Shown: in pieces, positions 57,608 through 64,000 of the stretch | How positions within the stretch are numbered: the stretch's first letter is position 1 | Layout of the letters: each line of letters opens with the position of its first letter | NCBI GenBank assembly: GCA_965249275.1 | Contig: CBDFLQ010000006.1 | Coordinates: 1-64,000 of the forward strand | DNA: 64,000 nucleotides | DNA from: Dehalococcoidia bacterium | GTDB taxonomy: Bacteria; Chloroflexota; Dehalococcoidia; Plut-88900 | Direction of reading: 5' to 3' | The notes under the pieces: model-generated | What the model saw: only the letters and a program-made list of their open reading frames with translations | The model's database searches: none | Told to the model about the DNA's origin: nothing | Program-made: the position numbers and the translations under genes

Positions 57608-58441
57608 ATGAGTCGCACATGGCTAATCAGGCCCCGTCGTCACAGAGCGGTATCGGACCGCCCGGCCAACGACACGCGCCTCCTCCCCAATCCCTTTCCG
57701 CTCACAATCCCACCCTTCAACTCCCACTACAAGCGCTGCTCCAAGGCCGAACGCCTCCGCCTCCGCAGCGATCAATCAACGTCCCGTTCCCAGCACGGAA
57801 GGTTCCCGGACAAATCACGGCTTGCCCTTTCCAAGGGCCCCTGCCAAGTGCGCGCCCCACTCACCCGGCGCACCATCCTCGCCCCCTCAGGCGACGCCTC
57901 GGAGCACAGCGTCATGTCGCTCCCTCGGGCCATAGCGCCCCCTCCGGACTCCCCCGGCCTAGACCTTGCTGGCGAGTCCGAACAGTCGGACACCCTCCGA
58001 CTCAAAACAAACACACCATTTAAGGATTCCACCGTCGTCACCACCGGAGAACTCCCGACTACGAACGCCGGTCACGGGTCCTCGCTCCCATCCCTTAGGA
58101 TGGTCGGGCGCTTCTGGTGGTCGAGACTGCCCCACACCGAGATTACCTCGCGTCTCTTCCGCATCCTCTCAGAAGCACGGGGCTGTCGCAGAGTCGTCGT
58201 TGATGTGGAACATCCGCTGTGGCGGACAATACGCATCGGTGCAGGCGTCGCCGCCTTCTTGCGCAACCGTCCGGGACCTTCCATCCGCCACCCCTTCCTC
58301 CTCTCCCAACATTCCGGCCTGCTTACTCCGTCATTCCTGCGGAGGCAGAGCCTGCCCCTGCGGAGGCAGGAATCTATCCCCGGAGGCGGGGCCGGGGCGC
58401 TCCCCCCCCGTAGGGACGACCGGCTGGTCGCCCTGGGGTGA
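57608..58441 (+). pseudogene. Terminase-large-subunit-like fragment B (open 277-codon frame, diverged)
   Basis: AAGGAG RBS + ATG; GLDLAGESE..KDSTVVTTGEL..WWSRLPH..GCRRVVVD..IGAGVAAFL..GPSIRHPF; the 3' end runs into repeats. Confidence 0.55.
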
Positions 58442-58513
58442 GGCGCCCTCCCACCACCCACGAAAGGCCCCGTCTACTAGCGCACTCCCACGCCGGGAAA
58501 ACCCGGGTTTTCC
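58330..58513 (+). repeat. Repeat cluster: family 1 variant with internal 21-bp insert, GTAG REP, 18-bp palindrome
   Basis: GTCATTCCTGCGGAGGCAG-AGCCTGCCCCTGCGGAGGCAG-GAATCT; GTAGGGACGACCGGCTGGTCGCCCT; GGAAAACCCGGGTTTTCC (58496-58513). Confidence 0.75.
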
Positions 58514-58649
58514 GCAAAACAATCAAAAATCACGCCTGAGTCCGCGCATCAATCAAAACCCGCCACCCACGAAAGGAGCCGCCTAACCACCCCTCACCCC
58601 CATACGCTATAATGCCCCCCAACACCCCTCCCCACCGGAGAACCCGCCC

Positions 58650-59681
58650 ATGAAAATGGACTTCAGCGTCGCCTGGGGCCGAGAGCTCGCCACCTACGAA
58701 ATCGCCGACCATTCCATAGCCGCCGAAGAGGCCGGCTTCGACATGCTCGGCATCATCGACACCCAGAATCTCGCCCGTGACCCCTACCCCGCCATGACCA
58801 TCGCCGCCCTGAACACCAACCGAGTCCGCATCGGCCCCTCCGTCACCAACACCTTCACCCGGCACCCTTCCGTAACCGCCAACGCCATGGCTACCATCGA
58901 CGAAATATCCGGCGGTCGAGCCTGGGTCGGCCTGGGCTCGGGTTTCAGCGCCGCCCGCACCATGGACGTCGGCGTCCAGCCAATGACCCTCCTCGAAAAC
59001 GTCATCAACTTCATCCACACCTACACCTCCGGCCAGGAGGCCGAGTTCAACGGCGCCAAGATGCACAACGAGTGGATTAGCCGACGCCTCCCCGTCTACG
59101 TCCACGCCGCCGGGCCCAAGACCTGTGACATCGGCGGCAGACTCGGCGATGGGCTCCTGCTCGCCTCCAAGGGCAGCCCAATCGTAGCCCGCTGGTGCCT
59201 GGACCTCGTCCGCCGCGCCGCCGAGTCCGCAGGCCGTGACCCCGATGACCTCGACATCCGGGTCTGTCTACCCATATTCGTCGAAGAAGAAGGGGGCAAG
59301 GGCTGGGACGAGATGGCAGCCTCCGTCGCCACCATGTGCACCGGCTTCTACCTCTCTATATTCCGACACGACCGAAACCCCGCCGTCCGCAGCCTCATCA
59401 GCCAACTCGACGCCGACCTCCTCCAGGACCTCAAGCGTGTCCACGACGCCTATGACTACTACCAACACGAACGCGTCGACGCCGACCACGCCAAGCTCGT
59501 GACCCGCCAGCTCGTCGACTTCGTCGGCCTCTACGGCACCGCCGACCAGATCTGCGAACGCATCTACGAGCTTCAGCAGGCCGGGGTCAAAGCCCTCGAC
59601 TGCCACATGTGGACCTTCATCGACAAGAAGAAGCAGATGCGCCTTATCGGCGAAAAGATCATGCCCTATTTCAGGAACTAA
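58650..59681 (+). CDS. LLM-class flavin/F420-dependent oxidoreductase (related to the 31602/32793 pair)
   Basis: RIGPSVTNTFTRHP, ISGGRAWVGLGSG; shared YQHE..HAKL and DKK..MR..IMPYFR C-terminus. Confidence 0.9.
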   Translation: MKMDFSVAWGRELATYEIADHSIAAEEAGFDMLGIIDTQNLARDPYPAMTIAALNTNRVRIGPSVTNTFTRHPSVTANAMATIDEISGGRAWVGLGSGFSAARTMDVGVQPMTLLENVINFIHTYTSGQEAEFNGAKMHNEWISRRLPVYVHAAGPKTCDIGGRLGDGLLLASKGSPIVARWCLDLVRRAAESAGRDPDDLDIRVCLPIFVEEEGGKGWDEMAASVATMCTGFYLSIFRHDRNPAVRSLISQLDADLLQDLKRVHDAYDYYQHERVDADHAKLVTRQLVDFVGLYGTADQICERIYELQQAGVKALDCHMWTFIDKKKQMRLIGEKIMPYFRN

Positions 59682-59709
59682 CCCCGAGACCCGATACGGA
59701 GGACAAGAC

Positions 59710-60570
59710 ATGAGCGACAATTCGACCAGAGGCATTACCGACTGGCACACCCACTGCTACCTCCCCGAGCACCGCAGCCCCGAGGCCATGGCCGAGCGCA
59801 TCAAGTACGGCGTCCGCGGTGGCGAGGCTTGGCCCGAGGAGCACCGTGCCGCGATGGATGAAGGCAACATCACCCAGTTCGTCGTCGTCAACGTCCCTCG
59901 GCGCCCGGGCCACGAGGTCCCCAACGAGTTCATCGCCGAGTACTGCTCTCAGTACCCTGGCCGTGCCATCGGCCTCGCTTCCGTCCACCCCAACGACCCC
60001 ACCGCCTTCGATGATTTCGAGAACAGCGTCAAGAACCTCGGCCTCAAGGGCCTGAAGCTCTCCCCCGTCTACCAGGGCTTCGACCCCTGGTCCCCAGAGG
60101 CCTGGCGCCTCTACTACATGGCCCAGGACTTCGGAGTCCCCGTCATGTTCCACATGGGCGGCATGTACGACCCCAAAGGCACCCTCGAATGGGGAGACGT
60201 CCTAGCCCTGGACAAAGTCGCTCGGGCCGCACGCGACCTCAAGATAATCGTCGCCCACTTCGGCCAGCCCCAGATGCAGGAGACCGTCATGCTCCTGCGC
60301 AAGAACCTCAACGTCTTCACAGACCTCTCAGCCCGGTTCCACCGCAAGTGGCAGCTCTACAACGGCCTCCAGGTCGCCATCGAGTACAAGGTCACCGACC
60401 GCATTCTATTTGGCTCCGACTTCCCGGTCATGAAGCCCGGCCTCGCCGCCGACGCCTTCCGCAACATCAACGACTGGGGTGACGGCATCAAGCTCCCCCC
60501 CATCCCCGCCGACTTCATAGACGAGGTCCTCCACAACCGCCCCTTCTCCATAATGGGCCTTGAAGCCTAA
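59710..60570 (+). CDS. Amidohydrolase family protein
   Basis: DWHTH, GLKLSPVYQ, VMFHMG, AHFGQP, LFGSDFP. Confidence 0.92.
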   Translation: MSDNSTRGITDWHTHCYLPEHRSPEAMAERIKYGVRGGEAWPEEHRAAMDEGNITQFVVVNVPRRPGHEVPNEFIAEYCSQYPGRAIGLASVHPNDPTAFDDFENSVKNLGLKGLKLSPVYQGFDPWSPEAWRLYYMAQDFGVPVMFHMGGMYDPKGTLEWGDVLALDKVARAARDLKIIVAHFGQPQMQETVMLLRKNLNVFTDLSARFHRKWQLYNGLQVAIEYKVTDRILFGSDFPVMKPGLAADAFRNINDWGDGIKLPPIPADFIDEVLHNRPFSIMGLEA

Positions 60571-60602
60571 ATCTAGGCCGTACCCGCGGCGCGGCAACGT
60601 CT

Positions 60603-61703
60603 ATGAATAACGAGCTGCGCTCATTCATCAAGGAGTCCCTGGAGCGCGGTCAGTCCAAGGACGCCATCCACGCCGTCCTGACGCAATCGGGGTGGGAGGA
60701 TGGCGAAGTGCGAAACGGCCTGGCGTCCTTCGCCGACGCGGACTTCCCCATCGCAGTTCCCAGGCCGACCCCCTATCTTCATGCCCGCGAGGCGTTCCTT
60801 TACCTCGTTTCCTTTATAGCCCTGTACGTCTCGGCCATCAGCTTCGGCTTCTTGGTCTTCGGCCTCATCGACCATACCTTCCACGACCCCCTTGCCTACC
60901 GCGACCGGTTCCCATCGACTGGAGAAGCGACCTCCATAGCCTCGGTCATCGTGGCCTTCCCCCTCTACCTGTTCCTGATGAAACGCCTGGGCTCGGAGAT
61001 GGCGGCGGAACCGGAAAAGCGGCGGTCGCTGGTGCGGCGATGGCTGACCTACCTCACCCTCGTAATAGCTGCGGGATTCATTCTCGGAGACGTGATTGCC
61101 CTGCTCGCCAACTTGCTGACAGGCGACCTGGCCTTCCTATTCTTACTGAAAGGCCTCGCCATACTGGCAGTCACCGCCTGCATATTCGGGTTTTACCTGT
61201 GGGACATGCGCCGGTCGGAGACTCTGGCCGTCAGTGCCAACGCCACAAATGCCCTGCGTGTATTCTTGGGCATAGTCGTCCTCTTGGTCGTCGCCTGCCT
61301 GGCATATTCAATGTTTCTATTGGGCACCCCCGGGGAGCAACGGAGCCTGAGGTTCGACGAGCAGCGAATTTCCGACCTGAGAAACATCGCTCACAACGTC
61401 GACCTCTACTGGGAGACCAACCAACAACTGCCCGAGAGCTTCGATGACATGTCGGGCACGAGATATTCCATCATTTCTATACACGACCCGGAGTCCGAGG
61501 AAGAATACGAATATCGGGCAATTGAGGAAGCCGGCTATGAGCTATGCGCCGTTTTCTCCGCAGATTCGGCCAGATCCATTGACCCCGACCGCCCATATTC
61601 AGCCGGGTCATGGGACCACGGCACAGGACGCACTTGCTTCCAACTAGAGGCGCAATCGCAGCAACCCCCACCCCCCGCTGCCCCATCTACAGGAGATGGC
61701 TAG
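60603..61703 (+). CDS. Membrane protein, DUF5671-like
   Basis: AREAFLYL, RRWLTYLTL, FGFYLWD, DEQRISDL, YELCAVF, WDHGTGRTCF. Confidence 0.8.
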   Translation: MNNELRSFIKESLERGQSKDAIHAVLTQSGWEDGEVRNGLASFADADFPIAVPRPTPYLHAREAFLYLVSFIALYVSAISFGFLVFGLIDHTFHDPLAYRDRFPSTGEATSIASVIVAFPLYLFLMKRLGSEMAAEPEKRRSLVRRWLTYLTLVIAAGFILGDVIALLANLLTGDLAFLFLLKGLAILAVTACIFGFYLWDMRRSETLAVSANATNALRVFLGIVVLLVVACLAYSMFLLGTPGEQRSLRFDEQRISDLRNIAHNVDLYWETNQQLPESFDDMSGTRYSIISIHDPESEEEYEYRAIEEAGYELCAVFSADSARSIDPDRPYSAGSWDHGTGRTCFQLEAQSQQPPPPAAPSTGDG

Positions 61704-61754
61704 TCTAAGGTGAATCCTGCCCCCCCCACAACTTCGGTTGGGTGGGGAAATCCC

Positions 61755-61791
61755 CCGTTCGCCCTGAGCCCGTCGAAGGGTCAACCGAGCG
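61755..61791 (+). repeat. Family 2 repeat
   Basis: 33-nt core identical to the 48417-48449 copy. Confidence 0.85.
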
Positions 61792-61815
61792 AAAGGTGGG
61801 GCGGCAATGGCCCCC

Positions 61816-62814
61816 TCACACCCCCCACACCACCTCCCCCAACCCCTTCAACGTCGCCATCCGATTCTTCGCAGGCAGCCGGAACGTCACCTCTTCCGGC
61901 CCCAACGCCACAATCTCCCTCACACGCTCCCGACACTCCTCCACCCTCCCAACAATCGCCGCGTGCCTGACCAACGCATCCGAGGCCAAGCCGCCCTCCC
62001 CCGCGGACGGCGACCTGCCAAATGACTTCGCACCCCTGATCACTGCAACCTCGTCCCGGAGCGCTTGCGGGGTCTCCTCCTGCCAGCTCGCCGGGGCCCG
62101 ACGAAGCTGATATGTTACTACCGGCCTCACCCGCTCTATCGCCGCTGCCGGATCGTCGTCCCAGGAGATGGTCAGTTGAACGTGCGCCTCGACTTCACCC
62201 GGGCCCTGACCCGCCGCCTCCGCCGCACCACGCAGCCGACGAATCTTGGACGCCATAGCCTCCGCGTCCGATGGTCCCGCAATAAGCGCTCCCTCAGCAA
62301 GCTCGCCCGCCATCTGGATCATCTTCGGCCCCCACACCGAGAGATATATCGGGATTCGACGCTCGACCGAATGCACCCGGTATCCACCCGACCGCCCTAC
62401 CTTGACCTCTTCCCCCGAGACTAAATCCCGCAGGCCCTCAAGCCTCTCCCTGAACCGCGCCATCGACTCCGTCCGAAACCCGACCGCGTTAGCGGAACCC
62501 GGCGCTCCCCTCCCCATCCCCAATACTGTCCGACCATCGCTCAGGTCATCCAGTGTCGCTATGCCGTTGGCTATCACCGAGGCGTGCCGAGTCAGGGGGT
62601 TCGACACCCCCGGCCCGAGCCTGATCCTCTCAGTTGCCTGCGCTGCGACGGTCAACGCCACGTAAGCGTCCTTCGTATAGATGGGCGTATCCCACACCCA
62701 GAGTGTCGAAAACCCCATTGCCTCGGCTTCCCGCGCCACGTCCCCTATCTCCCTCACCGGCGTACGAGGGTCGGCCCACGTTATGATCCCGAATCGCGTA
62801 TCAGACAATTGCAT
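61816..62814 (-). CDS. LLM-class oxidoreductase (Mer-like)
   Basis: TERIRLGPGVSNPLTRH, LSDGRTVLGMGRG, GPKMIQMAGELA. Confidence 0.9.
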   Translation of the reverse strand: MQLSDTRFGIITWADPRTPVREIGDVAREAEAMGFSTLWVWDTPIYTKDAYVALTVAAQATERIRLGPGVSNPLTRHASVIANGIATLDDLSDGRTVLGMGRGAPGSANAVGFRTESMARFRERLEGLRDLVSGEEVKVGRSGGYRVHSVERRIPIYLSVWGPKMIQMAGELAEGALIAGPSDAEAMASKIRRLRGAAEAAGQGPGEVEAHVQLTISWDDDPAAAIERVRPVVTYQLRRAPASWQEETPQALRDEVAVIRGAKSFGRSPSAGEGGLASDALVRHAAIVGRVEECRERVREIVALGPEEVTFRLPAKNRMATLKGLGEVVWGV

Positions 62815-62915
62815 ATCCTCGTCTACAATGGGTTGTGCGGGTGTCCTTACCCCGCCAGGACAGTATAATCCGTGTTGTACGGGACTTTTGGATACTAAGC
62901 CGAGGAAATGAAGAC

Positions 62916-64000
62916 ATGCTTGACCTCTTGATAACCAACGGCCTGATAATCGACGGTGCAGGAGGCCCCGGCTTCTACGCCAGCGTCGGTGTCCGAGGCG
63001 AAGACGTAGAGATAATCCGCGGCGACGTTTCCCATGTCGAAGCCACCCGGGTTATCGATGCCACCGGCCACGTCGTCTCCCCCGGATTCATCGACGTTCA
63101 CTCTCACGGCGGTTTCACCATCCTGAAAGAGCCCCTCCACGAGCCCAAGGTACGACAGGGCGTCACCACCGAGCTTATCGGCATCGACGGAAACTCCGCC
63201 GCCCCTTTCAAGACCCAGGAGGACCTTCACCGCTTCATCGAGATGGATGCCGGCCTCAATGACAGGCCTCCTATGCCCACCGACTGGTCCTCCGTTGCCG
63301 ACTTCCTCGCCCTCTATAACAACAACGTCTCCGTCAACATCTGCTACATCCTCGGCAACTCCCCGGTCCGCATCTGGTCCGTCGGCTGGGACGACAGGCC
63401 CGCCACCGGCGCTGAAATCGAGGACATGAAGTCGGTCATCAGGGAGGCGATGGAAGACGGCGCTTTCGGCCTATCCACGGGTCTTGACTACCCGCCCGGC
63501 GGCTACGCCGACACCAATGAACTCATCGAGCTTTCGAAGACCACGTCAGCAATGGGCGGCTTCTACCACACCCACACCCGTGCCTCCCTAAAGTCCCAGG
63601 GCCTCCTGGCCCCCTGGCACGAGGCCATCGAGATCGGGCGCAAGAGCGGCATCCCGGTCCACCTCACCCACTACCGGCAGAGCGCACAGGGCGTAGGGTC
63701 ACACCTCGACTACATCGGACTCGTGGAAGACGCCCGCGCCGAGGGCATGGACGTCACCTTCGACTGCTACCCTTACATTTACTCCAGCACCCGCGCCACC
63801 ATCGAGCTCCCGCTATGGACCATGGACGGCGGCCCCGAGCGCATCTTCGAAGTCCTCTCCAGCCCCGACGACCGGGCCAGATTGGTGGCGGAGATGAAGT
63901 CCGGCGGCCGGGACGCGACGGCCAACTGGCTGACCAACCTTCAGAAAGAGCACAACAAGCAATACGAGGGCCTATCGGTGAAGGAAATCGGGCGGATGCG
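62916..64000 (+). CDS. N-acyl-D-amino-acid deacylase (D-aminoacylase), 3'-partial
   Basis: Translated by eye: MLDLLITNGLIIDGAG, PGFIDVHSH, RQGVTTE, GLSTGLDYPPG, DCYPY; runs off the window end. Confidence 0.9.
   Translation, partial: MLDLLITNGLIIDGAGGPGFYASVGVRGEDVEIIRGDVSHVEATRVIDATGHVVSPGFIDVHSHGGFTILKEPLHEPKVRQGVTTELIGIDGNSAAPFKTQEDLHRFIEMDAGLNDRPPMPTDWSSVADFLALYNNNVSVNICYILGNSPVRIWSVGWDDRPATGAEIEDMKSVIREAMEDGAFGLSTGLDYPPGGYADTNELIELSKTTSAMGGFYHTHTRASLKSQGLLAPWHEAIEIGRKSGIPVHLTHYRQSAQGVGSHLDYIGLVEDARAEGMDVTFDCYPYIYSSTRATIELPLWTMDGGPERIFEVLSSPDDRARLVAEMKSGGRDATANWLTNLQKEHNKQYEGLSVKEIGRM

Noticed and set aside
41956-58441. Diversity-generating retroelement TR/VR pair
   Set aside because: The copies differ at all base types with indels, and no reverse transcriptase is present.

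Overview
GC-rich bacterial chromosomal window dominated by catabolic enzymes: five LLM flavin/F420 oxidoreductases, two Rieske oxygenases, LigB- and VOC-type dioxygenases, CoA-transferases, a thiolase, acyl-CoA dehydrogenases, amidohydrolases and phosphotriesterases. It also carries three Zn-thiol methyltransferases, larA-ppdK, hicAB and two LRR lipoproteins. This content suggests SAR202/Dehalococcoidia (Chloroflexota), possibly host- or sponge-associated; that taxonomy is inference. The most unusual signals are outside the enzyme genes. (i) Two IS481-family copies both sit at the same base of a dispersed GTCATTCC..GGAATC palindromic repeat, with a 5-bp ATTCC duplication visible for the complete copy. 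(ii) Two diverged, homologous intergenic elements (about 41.95-42.65 kb and 57.5-58.4 kb) each consist of a sigma70 promoter with a LexA-type box, followed by what looks like the decayed C-terminal half of a phage terminase large subunit carrying mini-hairpin inserts. (iii) At least five REP-like repeat families are nested and co-oriented with a strong C-over-G strand skew that flips near 1.17 kb. No rRNA, tRNA or CRISPR array was recognised. All protein calls come from motif recognition, not database searches.
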